Assembly (NCBI GenBank): GCA_903831805.1 | Contig: CAIKZD010000009.1 | Coordinates: 217,939-281,938 of the forward strand | Direction: 5' to 3' | Length of the DNA stretch: 64,000 bases | DNA from: an uncultured bacterium | GTDB taxonomy: Bacteria > Patescibacteriota > Minisyncoccia > Moranbacterales > UBA2206 | Part shown: piece after piece, positions 40,420-49,639 of the stretch | How positions within the stretch are numbered: position 1 is the stretch's first letter | Layout of the letters: every line of letters starts with the position of its first letter | Translations under genes and position numbers: made by a program | Notes under the pieces: generated by a model | What the model was told of the DNA's origin: nothing | Database searches by the model: none | The model's input: only the letters and a program-made list of their open reading frames with translations

Positions 40420-41253
40420 TTATTTTGGTGATTCCAATTTTTTCGCGCCATTACTAGTTAAAAGCGATTTCATTTGAATAATCGCAGTATTATTTAATTT
40501 TAAAATTCGGTCTTGTTGGGTCATTCCATCACGAATTAGCAGTGCGTTGATACTCTCGATATTAGATAAAACCACCAACTGTTCAATTGTGGCATAGTCT
40601 CGAATGTTTCCTTTTAGCTTTGGATTTTTGTCCCGCCATATTTTGGCGGTCATTCCAAATAATGCCATGTTGAGCAAGTCTGCTTCATTGGCATATTTCA
40701 TAATTGCTTGATCCTTCGTTAATTCGTGTGGGATTAGATTATCCTTGATGGCATCAGTATGAATTTTGTAATTGATTTTTGCCAGCGTTCTTTGAAGATT
40801 CCATTCTAATTTTTGCCTGTTATTTTCATCCTCCTTTAATCTCTGAAATTCTTTTATAAGGTAAAATTTGAATTCCGCCGAAATCCACGAGGCAAATTCA
40901 AAAGCAATGTCTTTGTGGGCGAAAGTGCCGCTATTATAGCGCCCTCTCGTGGCAAAAATTCCAATAGCGCCCGTTTTATTGACCCATTGTTGGACTGACA
41001 ATGCAAATCCATTGGCGCCGCTTTGATTTTTAAAGTCACTGAATTCAGTTACTTTAAAACTGGAGTTGTTCATCTTCTCCCATATTCCCATGAATTCAAT
41101 AGCAAAACGAGTGCTCATCCAATGAGATATAACCAGGCCAGCTTCTGAGTTTTTATGTTTAGCTATATCGGTCAAAGAAATATAATCTTCGCTCCTCTGT
41201 TTGAAGACTGTAATATCCATGCCCTCTACATTTATTTTTTGATTCTTTGTCAT
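40420..41253 (-). CDS. KilA-N domain protein (phage-associated)
   Basis: The N-terminal 120 aa resemble the KilA-N/APSES fold (..GTFAHKDIAFEFASWISAEFKFYLIKEF..). Confidence 0.55.
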   Translation of the reverse strand: MTKNQKINVEGMDITVFKQRSEDYISLTDIAKHKNSEAGLVISHWMSTRFAIEFMGIWEKMNNSSFKVTEFSDFKNQSGANGFALSVQQWVNKTGAIGIFATRGRYNSGTFAHKDIAFEFASWISAEFKFYLIKEFQRLKEDENNRQKLEWNLQRTLAKINYKIHTDAIKDNLIPHELTKDQAIMKYANEADLLNMALFGMTAKIWRDKNPKLKGNIRDYATIEQLVVLSNIESINALLIRDGMTQQDRILKLNNTAIIQMKSLLTSNGAKKLESPK

Positions 41254-41262
41254 AAGGTAATT

Positions 41263-41286
41263 ATGGCGAATTCGCCGTAATTAAAA
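41263..41286. promoter_or_regulatory. 24-bp near-perfect palindrome (aattatggcgaattcgccgtaatt) in the KilA-N 5' leader; operator-like
   Basis: 22 of 24 positions are symmetric, lying 10 bp upstream of the KilA-N start codon. Confidence 0.35.
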
Positions 41287-41296
41287 AATTTACTTT

Positions 41297-41399
41297 GTCT
41301 AACGTTTCGGCATATCTGATGTTTGCCGTAGCGTAGCGGAGGCAAATATGGGTGGAGGCTCGCCGGAGGCGAACCGCAACCAGATATGCCGTGTTATGT
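41297..41399. repeat. F3 attC-like element copy a (103 bp)
   Basis: Ends GTCTAAC...GTTATGT on the plus strand (ACATAAC...GTTAGAC in gene sense). Inner inverted boxes ggcatatctg / cagatatgcc. Variable centre. Confidence 0.55.
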
Positions 41400-41475
41400 G
41401 ATGTGCATGTTTTACTTTAATCCCGATGGCAATCGGGATTGCTCTAAAAAAGAATTTTAATTTTGTTTTTTTGTT

Positions 41476-41520
41476 TTGGATTTTGGGCAGAGGGGTTAGG
41501 GGTGAATGCCCAAAATCCAA
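41476..41520. repeat. F1 hairpin element copy a
   Basis: ttggattttgggca-gaggggttaggggtgaa-tgcccaaaatccaa. The stem covaries with copies b and c. Confidence 0.6.
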
Positions 41521-41594
41521 AACTCCTTATTCTGTTTGAGGGAGGGGCAAGAGGGGAATTAAAGGGGTGAATTGCCCCGACCGAAAAAATTCAA

Positions 41595-42095
41595 TTAAAC
41601 TATCAATAAGACAAATAATAAAACTACTAAAACAAACAGGCATTTTGTACTGTTTTTAACATTATTCATTTTTTGATCAGCAATTATCGAGTTTGTATAT
41701 ATTTGCTCTGATATTTGCTTTTTTGCATCTTCTTCTGTTAATTTTTCCATTTCATTAAAATAATCAATCGGTTTTAACTTGGCGACATTTCCAAAGTAAA
41801 AAAGTGATTTATTTGTATTTGTATTTTTCAAACGAGGGAAAACGGAGCTGATTAAAAAGAATATTCCTAAAATAAATAGACCAATAGTTATTATAATTAA
41901 AATAGTATACAGACAAAGACCCCAGTTCTCAAAGTTTGAAATTGAGGAAATCACAATTCCTTTAAATGAAACAGTGCCTAAAAAAATTCCTGAATAATAA
42001 GCAGACAAAAACGCACTTTTTTTATCAGCAGACTGAATCCAGTCGCTAACTCTATTTAATTCATTTTGTAAAAAAGATAATTCTAGGTTTTTCAT
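41595..42095 (-). CDS. small 3-TM membrane protein, candidate effector paired with the cyclase
   Basis: 166 aa with a soluble N-terminal 30 aa, two adjacent TM helices, a roughly 60-aa charged loop and a C-terminal TM. A 3-bp gap separates it from the cyclase gene. Confidence 0.5.
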   Translation of the reverse strand: MKNLELSFLQNELNRVSDWIQSADKKSAFLSAYYSGIFLGTVSFKGIVISSISNFENWGLCLYTILIIITIGLFILGIFFLISSVFPRLKNTNTNKSLFYFGNVAKLKPIDYFNEMEKLTEEDAKKQISEQIYTNSIIADQKMNNVKNSTKCLFVLVVLLFVLLIV

Positions 42096-42098
42096 AGT

Positions 42099-42911
42099 TT
42101 AATTTAGTTTATCTATATAATTATCAGCACAGTGCACACACCAACCAACTTGGGTGTAATAAAATTTGTCTCCAAGCGTATCATCTGAAAAATCAGTAAC
42201 TTCTATAAAAACAGGATTTCTTTGTTCTAAAATGTCGGTATCGCCATTATGGCAGTTATATAATCCGAATTTCGGTTGCGCAACAAAATCTTTGTAGACT
42301 TCCTCAGATATTATTATTGGCGATTTGGCCCCATTAAATTTTTCAGGGGCGTCTTGGAATTGCTTGGATAATTTTGCAGCATTATTAACAAGTCTTCCTG
42401 CCCATACCTCATTATAGTCACCTCTCTTGCCGATCTTTTTGACTAAAATTTTGTCTTTATGGATGCCAATTTTACAACTAAGATTACCGCCTTCATCATC
42501 TTGAAATTTTGTTTTAATCTTTTCTTCAAAAATTTTTCTAAAAGTGATTGATGCGTAAAATGCTTTATACGAAGCATGCTCGCCTTCGTAGATAGCAAAT
42601 GCGCCATCTCCTTTTATATCTACATAGTCAGCACAGAAAGATTCATGATTAAAAACATCAACTAGCGTTTGAGTAAAGTAGTCATAGATCTTTGCCATTG
42701 TGACCGGATGTTTTTTGAATGAGATTTTTGACGATTTATCTAAGTCAACAAAAAGACAAACAAATTTATTATCACCACCAACCCAAGTAGGTTTTTCTAA
42801 GTAAGCATCTTCTTTGATGCTTGAAATTGATTCAATTTCAGCAATTTTAAAATCATCAAAGCGTTTTTCTGCCTTTTCCTTCAATTCTTCTATAAAGTCA
42901 TCAATTTGCAT
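42099..42911 (-). CDS. class III nucleotidyl cyclase homolog (adenylate/guanylate-cyclase fold; Pycsar/cNMP-cyclase-like)
   Basis: Metal-binding motifs CLFVDLDKSS (F.D..GFT-like) and VDIKGDGAFAIYEG (iGDa-like), plus VWAGRLVNNAAKLSK matching the conserved VWGd.VN.AaR transition-state region. Confidence 0.65.
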   Translation of the reverse strand: MQIDDFIEELKEKAEKRFDDFKIAEIESISSIKEDAYLEKPTWVGGDNKFVCLFVDLDKSSKISFKKHPVTMAKIYDYFTQTLVDVFNHESFCADYVDIKGDGAFAIYEGEHASYKAFYASITFRKIFEEKIKTKFQDDEGGNLSCKIGIHKDKILVKKIGKRGDYNEVWAGRLVNNAAKLSKQFQDAPEKFNGAKSPIIISEEVYKDFVAQPKFGLYNCHNGDTDILEQRNPVFIEVTDFSDDTLGDKFYYTQVGWCVHCADNYIDKLN

Positions 42912-42927
42912 ATTGTTATTATAAATA

Positions 42928-43584
42928 TTATAAATTATCCGTTACTCCAAAAAAATTCTTAATTATCGGATACTCTTGTTTTAAAAAGTATCTTCCCGAC
43001 TCGTTGTCTTTGATGAGAAAAAATTGTTTTTTTATACATTCCTCGTCTTCTTCCAAGCAGGCAATGCAAACGATAAAATCAATATGCGGATATTCTATGC
43101 TGACGGCAGTATTTTCTTTCCAGCTTTCTAAGTCTTTGTCATAAGTCCAGCCGAAACGGTTTAAAATTGTCTTTTTCTCAATAGCAGTGTTGTAGCAAAA
43201 CAATCCGCATAGTGGCTTGATGCCAGGGTCAATGGCTTTTATCCTTTCAAAATTCTTGTTCGTCTTTTTTATGTCTGGTCCGGTTGCGTTGGATTTTACT
43301 TCCAAAACTAATTTGCAATGTCGTGGATCAATCATTACTTGGTCGCCCAATGGGGTCGTGGTTGCCGTGGTTTCGTGAAATATCAAATCACATTCTCCGC
43401 TCTGTATTCCGTTTTTGGCGACTATGCCTTTTTTGCCTCGCAACGATTCTTTTCTTTTTAATACCAAATCACGCAAAAAGTCTTCTCGGATTGTTCCTCT
43501 GGGCAAGTGTTGTTGCACAAATTCCGACACTCGATATTGAGCGCGGAGCAGGTCTTCATAGTATTGTGCAAATATCTCGTCCAT
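42928..43584 (-). CDS. hypothetical protein with PD-(D/E)xK-like motif
   Basis: GECDLIFHE ... LVLEVKSN spacing is consistent with a restriction-endonuclease-like core. The assignment is weak. Confidence 0.35.
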   Translation of the reverse strand: MDEIFAQYYEDLLRAQYRVSEFVQQHLPRGTIREDFLRDLVLKRKESLRGKKGIVAKNGIQSGECDLIFHETTATTTPLGDQVMIDPRHCKLVLEVKSNATGPDIKKTNKNFERIKAIDPGIKPLCGLFCYNTAIEKKTILNRFGWTYDKDLESWKENTAVSIEYPHIDFIVCIACLEEDEECIKKQFFLIKDNESGRYFLKQEYPIIKNFFGVTDNL

Positions 43585-43593
43585 ACATAAAAA

Positions 43594-44718
43594 TTACAAT
43601 TCACCCTTAAACGCTTTTTGCATCAAGGCTTGAAATTGGGTTTCGAGTTCGTTGGATTGAGAAAGCATTTTTTGTTTAATTAATTCGGTTTTTTCTTTCA
43701 ATCCGAGATAAATTTTTTGCTCATCAAGACTTGGTACTAATATTTTTATTTTTTTAATAATACCTACATTTACAATTCCCATCGTCCCGCCATGAGATAC
43801 ATCTTTTATTTGTTTCTGTACTGATTGGCTAGTTAATAATTCTTTCAAAAATAACGGCAGTATAATATTTTGATTTGGTGTTATTTTCATTAGACGAGGA
43901 TTAATAATGCCTGGTTCAAATTTTTCTGGCACAACACTAATTTTCCCAAATGTTCCTACTAAGCTTATTAAAATATCTCCTTGTTGTATTTTACAACTTT
44001 CTAAGGTTCGATATCTTTCTTCGTTAATATAATAATCTCCATAATTGAAGTCATCTTTAATAACCTGTTCTTGTCCATATATTTTATAACCTGATTTTAC
44101 ATAAAATTCCTTCTTCAAAGATGAGCCAAATGGACCTGCCTTGATTCCATTTTTTTCTTTAATGGCAACATCATTAATTATTTGTATATTATAATTTTTC
44201 GGATTCTTCACTGGATCCCCAAACATCTCCAAAAACACCGACTTCAAATAATCATCCAAAAGCCCGATGGCTTGTTTTCGTTTTTGGCGAAGCGCGTCCG
44301 CCTCATCAAGAATTTTTACAATGCGTTTTTGGTCTTCGAGCGGTGGAAGTGGGATTATTGGATCAGTTAAATTATTTATCTTTATGTATTTTATAACTCC
44401 GCCAATAGATAATTCTCTTAATTTTTCAACATACTTAAATAAAAACCAATAAAGATATCGGGTATCCAAAACTGATTCGTCTTTACTTTCGATTATATAG
44501 GTTCTTTGATATGCATCGAATTTACCTTCGTAATATTTTACATTTAAATCACCATTTCCAGCCACAAGCACGCACTTACAATCATAAGAATATGAGCTTA
44601 TTTTTAAGGGCTTTTTGGAACAAGTAAAAAAAGGATACTCGCCATCAGGCGAGCTCGCATTTGCATCAAGTTTGCCAGTCCTTATTTTTACAAAATTTCC
44701 AAGTTTATTTTTAATCAT
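43594..44718 (-). CDS. hsdS: Type I restriction-modification specificity subunit
   Basis: Two target-recognition domains separated by the conserved central region (LPPLEDQKRIVKILDEADALRQKRKQA) and a C-terminal conserved helix (LVPSLDEQKIYL). Confidence 0.85.
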   Translation of the reverse strand: MIKNKLGNFVKIRTGKLDANASSPDGEYPFFTCSKKPLKISSYSYDCKCVLVAGNGDLNVKYYEGKFDAYQRTYIIESKDESVLDTRYLYWFLFKYVEKLRELSIGGVIKYIKINNLTDPIIPLPPLEDQKRIVKILDEADALRQKRKQAIGLLDDYLKSVFLEMFGDPVKNPKNYNIQIINDVAIKEKNGIKAGPFGSSLKKEFYVKSGYKIYGQEQVIKDDFNYGDYYINEERYRTLESCKIQQGDILISLVGTFGKISVVPEKFEPGIINPRLMKITPNQNIILPLFLKELLTSQSVQKQIKDVSHGGTMGIVNVGIIKKIKILVPSLDEQKIYLGLKEKTELIKQKMLSQSNELETQFQALMQKAFKGEL

Positions 44719-44720
44719 AA

Positions 44721-46241
44721 TTACAAATTTTTCAAATCACTAAGTCCAGCAACGATTTCTTGCTCCAGCGATTCAATCTTTCCCAAAATCACTTTTGGAT
44801 CTTCGTAAACCATTTCATCGTAATCCGTTACTTTGTAGCGATTGATACTCAAATCAAAATCAGCTTTTTCTATATCACTTTTATTAACATAGAAAAATTT
44901 ACTATTGAGCTTGTTTTCGGTTTGGTCTTTTCTTGTTTTCCATTTCGCCACAATATCCGGCAAATCACCCCCGCCGTTGATCTTGCTTCGCTTGTCGTCC
45001 AATGTGTAGCCGTCGGATTGCATATCATAAAACCAAACCTTTTCAGTTTCGCCGCCTTTTACAAATATCAAAATCGCGGTGCTTACTCCAGCGTAGGGCT
45101 TGAATACTCCGCTCGGCATCGAAATAACGCCTTGCAGTTCACACTCATTGATAAGCATCTTGCGCGCTTGCTTGTGGGCATTGCTAGAACCGAACAGCAC
45201 GCCGTCTGGCACAATCACACCGGCTCGTCCTCCGATTTTGAGGGATTTTATAATGGTATTGATAAACAATAATTCCGTTTTTGTCGTAGCGAGTGAGAGC
45301 GATTCGTTGATGTCGCCCTTATCAATACTGCCTTTGAAAGGCGGATTCGCCATGATGCAGTCATAAAAATTATTCTCGTCGTATTTTTTGGAGAGCGTAT
45401 CTTTTTGTTCGATGTTTGGATTGGAGATGCCGTGCATCATCAAGTTCATGAGTCCAATACGCACCATGCTTTCGTCCATGTCATAGCCGTAGAAAGTTTT
45501 TTCTTTGAGATGCGTCCATTGTCGCTCGTCGGTGAGCTTGTCGCCCAGATCGCCACGCGTCAGTCCGTTTTCATCAGTTTTTCTGTGTTCTTTGCTGGTA
45601 TGTGCTGTGAGAATATGCTGATAGGCACCGAGCAAAAATCCGCCTGTACCACAAGCTGGATCACAAATAGTATCGCCCAATTTTGGATCTACGAGTTCAC
45701 AAATAAGTTGAATGATGTGGCGCGGTGTGCGGAATTGGCCGAGCTTGCCGGCGCTCGTGATTTCTGAGAGCAAATATTCGTAGAGATCTCCCTGGGTGTC
45801 TTGAAAACCTTGTCCGGCCGAATCTTGCTTGGCGATTTCTTCAAAAATATCATCAATAATATTCACCGCTTCCACCAAAAGCGACGGCTTGGAAATGATA
45901 AAAACCGCGTTGCCCATGTGTTTGGCAAAGGGACTTTCTTCTTTGCCGATAGTTTTCAGAAATGGAAAAACTTTAGTTTGAATATGTGTCAGCATTTCGC
46001 CACCTTCCATTTGTCTGAAATGGCTCCAGCGCAAATTTTCTTTGTCATTTCCAAAAAGTGACTTGTACGCTTCTCCGGTAAATTCGGCGTCTTGTCTTTT
46101 CTTAATATCCATCTCGTCCAAGCGCTTCATAAAAAGCAAATAGGAAATTTGCTCAATAGCCGTGAGCGGATTGGATATGCCACCGCTCCAAAATTTATCC
46201 CAGAGCCTGCCAATTGATGATTTGAGTGTTGGATTAAGCAT
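44721..46241 (-). CDS. hsdM: Type I R-M N6-adenine DNA methyltransferase
   Basis: HsdM N-domain, AdoMet motif (DPACGTGGFL) and catalytic NPPF. Confidence 0.9.
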   Translation of the reverse strand: MLNPTLKSSIGRLWDKFWSGGISNPLTAIEQISYLLFMKRLDEMDIKKRQDAEFTGEAYKSLFGNDKENLRWSHFRQMEGGEMLTHIQTKVFPFLKTIGKEESPFAKHMGNAVFIISKPSLLVEAVNIIDDIFEEIAKQDSAGQGFQDTQGDLYEYLLSEITSAGKLGQFRTPRHIIQLICELVDPKLGDTICDPACGTGGFLLGAYQHILTAHTSKEHRKTDENGLTRGDLGDKLTDERQWTHLKEKTFYGYDMDESMVRIGLMNLMMHGISNPNIEQKDTLSKKYDENNFYDCIMANPPFKGSIDKGDINESLSLATTKTELLFINTIIKSLKIGGRAGVIVPDGVLFGSSNAHKQARKMLINECELQGVISMPSGVFKPYAGVSTAILIFVKGGETEKVWFYDMQSDGYTLDDKRSKINGGGDLPDIVAKWKTRKDQTENKLNSKFFYVNKSDIEKADFDLSINRYKVTDYDEMVYEDPKVILGKIESLEQEIVAGLSDLKNL

Positions 46242-49065
46242 AATGTAAAATTTTATTAGTAAATGACAAGATTTCCGTTTGCAACTGCGGAGTGAATAGC
46301 CCCAAGAAACCGCGAGCGTGCAATTTGGTAAATGGCTCGCTAACGAGATCTTTCTTTGTCAGTTCACCATTGTTGATAATAAAATCACGAAGTACAATCA
46401 GAAACTGGATTTGATTTGAAGCCAGTGTGTTATGTTCGGCAATAAATTCAGCAAAAGCCTCCGAGACTTTTTCGGAAAAAGTGACGAGTCCGCCAATACC
46501 CATAATGTATTTAATCAAATCCAAAAACTGTACCTTGCGGGCATCATAGGCTTTTTGCAGGTTCTCTTCGGTTGGATAGGGATCATACTCGTTTAGCGTG
46601 TCAGCCAGTTCTTCCACTTCTTCCTGCGTAATATCTGCACCTTGTTTTATTTTCTGCAATATTTTGTTTTCTGCTTCCAATTTTTTCACCAGCGCCTCAA
46701 CTTTTTCACGATATTTTTTGATAGTAATGCGTTCATGCGCCGGACCAAATTTGATAAATTCTTTTTCGCTTGTTATATCGCGTAAATCCAGAGAATCTTG
46801 GTCGGGCTTGATGCCTTCTTCGCGATATTTCATCAATGGAGCGATTTTTTGGATCAGAATTTCTAAGGCATTTTCATCGGCTTTTTCAAGATAGCCATTA
46901 TTCAATATCTCTTCTATCAGTTCTTTCTCTTTGACGACAACATTCACAGACAACGGCAAATCAGACACCATTTCAATAATTACTTCCGCAAGAGTTTTTA
47001 CCTTTTTATCTTGACCATCTTGTTCATCAAGTTTGGCGATGGAATAATATAAAACTTTAAGTTCAAAGCTCATTGCCTTGTAGTCTTCGCCGGTTCGCGT
47101 GCGCATAAGTGGCGCGATTTCCTTTTCTAAAAATAGTTTTTTATCTTCATTAAGTTTTTGCCAAAAGGTTTCATCGACTTTATCAATCTTGCTTTTTGCG
47201 TCCAAAATAACCACATTGTTTGGTGGAAGTTTGGCAATATCTTCTTTTAATTTTTGAATGGTATTCTGTACAAGCTCAGCATTATTTTGCGCTTCAGCCA
47301 GATTGAGTTTTTGTAGTTTAGTTTCAAAAAGACGGACAGGCAGCGGTTTTGATGGCTTATCTATTTTTCCGGTTGGGTTCATTTGAAAATATTCAAAATT
47401 TTCCCAACAATCAATGATAAGGAATTTATCTTTTACCTTGCACCATGGCTTTATTTTCTTAGCTTCCAAAAGTCTTGTTCCTCGCCCGATCATCTGCCAA
47501 AATTTGGTATAAGAAAAAACTGGTTTTACAAAAACAAGATTGACGAGTTCGCGCACATCTATACCAGTATCAAGCATATCCACGCTAATGGCGATGCGCG
47601 GAAAGTCTTTATTAACAAATTGATCGAGCAGACCGCCTTTTCCATAAACACGAGAATCGTCCGAAACGATAACTTTGGCAATATTGCCTTTATGTTCAGG
47701 GTAGAGATCATCAAAAACTTCTTGTAATCTTCGTGCGTGCTTCATCGTCATGGCAAAGAAAATAGTTTTGCCGGGCAGAGTTCCACTTTCGTCTTTTATG
47801 CACGATTCCATAAACTCTTGCACGATAAGCGCGTTCGTTCCTTTGTTGGTTACTTTTTTCTCAATTTCACTGCCATCATAATTTATTTCTGTTGGCTCTT
47901 TGCCGTCGGCAAGTAATTTTTGTTGTTCGGCAATGGTAATATTGTCTTTTCTTATTCCTTCTTTTTGGAATTTGGTGCGAACTTTTAGAACTTCAAAATC
48001 TGAAAGATATGGGGGCTTATTGTTTATCGCTTCCTCGTATGAGTAGGCATAAGTCGGTATGCCGTCTTCACATTCAAAAATACCAAAAGTATTATGCTCA
48101 ATCGCATCTTTTGGCGTAGCAGTTAAACCAAGCTGAACAGAATCAAAATAATCAAAAATATTTTTGTAAACATTGTAGATTGACCTATGACTTTCATCTG
48201 CCACAATCATGTCAAAAAAATGAGGACTAAGCGGACAGTCTTTATCTTCAATGATATTGAGCATTGTCGGATAAGTAGCACAATAAATTCGTCTATCCGT
48301 TACAATGTCATGCTCGCCGACTTTTGGCCAAACCGGAGCGTTTGGTAAAAATTCTTTAAAAGCATCAAGAGCTTGATTTCTAAGTGCGATTCTGTCCACT
48401 AAAAACAAAACTTTTTGCACTTTGTTTGCTCGCATCAACGACTCAATCATTGCCACGCAGGTTCTTGTTTTTCCGGTACCTGTTGCCATTACAAGCAATG
48501 ATTTTCTCTTTCCTTTGTCTAAGTTTTCAAAAACTGAGCGGATAGCCTCGATCTGATATGGTCGTCCAGCAATGTCTTTCTGGATTAATTCTTGGGAAAG
48601 TGGTTTCTCGTTTTTGCGCAAAAACAACATTCTTTCTAAATCTTTTTTTGTTGGAAATCCGTACACTTTGCGGGGTGGATATTTTTCAGTATCCCAAAAA
48701 TAAATATCGTGTCCGTTTGTATAAAAAACGAATGGCATATCCTTACCAGAATTTTTCTGAATATTTTCGGCATATTGACGGGCTTGTTCTTGTCCGACCC
48801 TCGCATCCTTCGAGGTTTTTTTTGCTTCTACAATTGCCAAAGGATAACCACTATCTCCAAGTAAGGCGTAATCAGCAAATTGAAAGCCTTGATATTCGTG
48901 TTCCGGCTCCTTAACCCCTTCTGGCAAGCCAATCCAAATATCAAGCTCGGATGTAACTTGTGCTGGATCATTAACTTTCCAGCCGGCTTTTGCGAGCCTT
49001 CCATCTATAATTTCTTGTCTTGTTTGTGCTTCAGTTTTTGTCATAATTATTTTCAAGTTAAACAA
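46234..49065 (-). CDS. hsdR: Type I R-M restriction subunit (SF2 helicase + nuclease)
   Basis: Typical HsdR N-terminus (TEAQTRQEIID..AGW), Walker A GTGKT and DEAH-box IVADESHRS. 943 aa. Confidence 0.9.
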   Translation of the reverse strand: MFNLKIIMTKTEAQTRQEIIDGRLAKAGWKVNDPAQVTSELDIWIGLPEGVKEPEHEYQGFQFADYALLGDSGYPLAIVEAKKTSKDARVGQEQARQYAENIQKNSGKDMPFVFYTNGHDIYFWDTEKYPPRKVYGFPTKKDLERMLFLRKNEKPLSQELIQKDIAGRPYQIEAIRSVFENLDKGKRKSLLVMATGTGKTRTCVAMIESLMRANKVQKVLFLVDRIALRNQALDAFKEFLPNAPVWPKVGEHDIVTDRRIYCATYPTMLNIIEDKDCPLSPHFFDMIVADESHRSIYNVYKNIFDYFDSVQLGLTATPKDAIEHNTFGIFECEDGIPTYAYSYEEAINNKPPYLSDFEVLKVRTKFQKEGIRKDNITIAEQQKLLADGKEPTEINYDGSEIEKKVTNKGTNALIVQEFMESCIKDESGTLPGKTIFFAMTMKHARRLQEVFDDLYPEHKGNIAKVIVSDDSRVYGKGGLLDQFVNKDFPRIAISVDMLDTGIDVRELVNLVFVKPVFSYTKFWQMIGRGTRLLEAKKIKPWCKVKDKFLIIDCWENFEYFQMNPTGKIDKPSKPLPVRLFETKLQKLNLAEAQNNAELVQNTIQKLKEDIAKLPPNNVVILDAKSKIDKVDETFWQKLNEDKKLFLEKEIAPLMRTRTGEDYKAMSFELKVLYYSIAKLDEQDGQDKKVKTLAEVIIEMVSDLPLSVNVVVKEKELIEEILNNGYLEKADENALEILIQKIAPLMKYREEGIKPDQDSLDLRDITSEKEFIKFGPAHERITIKKYREKVEALVKKLEAENKILQKIKQGADITQEEVEELADTLNEYDPYPTEENLQKAYDARKVQFLDLIKYIMGIGGLVTFSEKVSEAFAEFIAEHNTLASNQIQFLIVLRDFIINNGELTKKDLVSEPFTKLHARGFLGLFTPQLQTEILSFTNKILHYA

Positions 49066-49082
49066 TGTTATTGTATTCGTTT

Positions 49083-49155
49083 TCCCCTTATAAATAAATC
49101 GTTTTCGTAGCGTAGCGGAGAAAACACCTTATACCCCTTTCTAAATAAATAAAAA
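49083..49155. repeat. F2 shared promoter/leader element copy a (immediately 5' of hsdR)
   Basis: ccccttataaataaatcgttttcgtagcgtagcggagaaaacaccttatacccct; near-identical copies lie 5' of the 429-aa gene and the GIY-YIG gene. Confidence 0.5.
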
Positions 49156-49217
49156 ACAAAATTCAAATTCTTTTTTTGAGCTGGGCGATAGCCCAAAAGT
49201 AAAACATGCATTTCACA

Positions 49218-49585
49218 TAACGTGCGCGGATAATCCGAAGTAGTCGGAGGGAAATTCATTTCCCGACGGCTATTTCGGATATCCGCTGATATCCGATGTG
49301 TCGCAAGCGAAGCGAAGCGGCACAGAGGGTATCGGCGGAGGTATCCGCGCACGATATTCAAAATGGAGCAAGCGTAGCGCGCGACATTTTGGATATCGTT
49401 TACGCATCATCTGAAGTTTTCATCCCGACTTTGCAGGATAAACTTTTGATTTCAAACAATGCTTTATTAAATTATCTCCGCCTAAACCTTCATCTAAACT
49501 AAAGGATGAAAATTTGGGCGGAGGGAAATTGACACTCCTTGAATCGCTTTGGTCAATTTCCTGTAGCCAGATATGCGTTGTTAGG
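49218..49585. repeat. degenerate F3-like copy (49218..49300) plus F3 attC-like copy b (49397..49585)
   Basis: Copy b ends ...cagatatgcgttGTTAGGC on the plus strand (GCCTAAC in gene sense) with the inner box cgcatcatctg. The upstream degenerate copy has gcggataatccg / cggatatccgc boxes. Confidence 0.45.
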
Positions 49586-49639
49586 CGATGAAACTAAAAA
49601 TTTCCTTTCCTAATAATAAAGAATTTTTGGCAATTTTAT

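Noticed and set aside
41281-41420. F3 elements as tRNA fragments or an integration att site derived from a tRNA (gtagcgtagcgg resembles a D-arm)
   Set aside because: No acceptor stem, anticodon arm or T-arm could be assembled. The similarity is limited to a short GC-rich run shared with the F2 module.
41299-41520. 73-aa ORF on the minus strand inside the F3a/F1a repeat region
   Set aside because: It lies entirely within structured repeats, with no RBS and a low-complexity translation.
41595-42911. Calling the cyclase pair a confirmed Pycsar or CBASS system
   Set aside because: No cNMP-binding, SAVED or CARF sensor domain is recognisable in the neighbouring proteins. Nucleotide specificity cannot be inferred by eye, so it is left as Pycsar-like.
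49068-49361. 97-aa ORF upstream of hsdR
   Set aside because: It spans the F2a promoter element and the degenerate F3-like repeat, so coding is unlikely.
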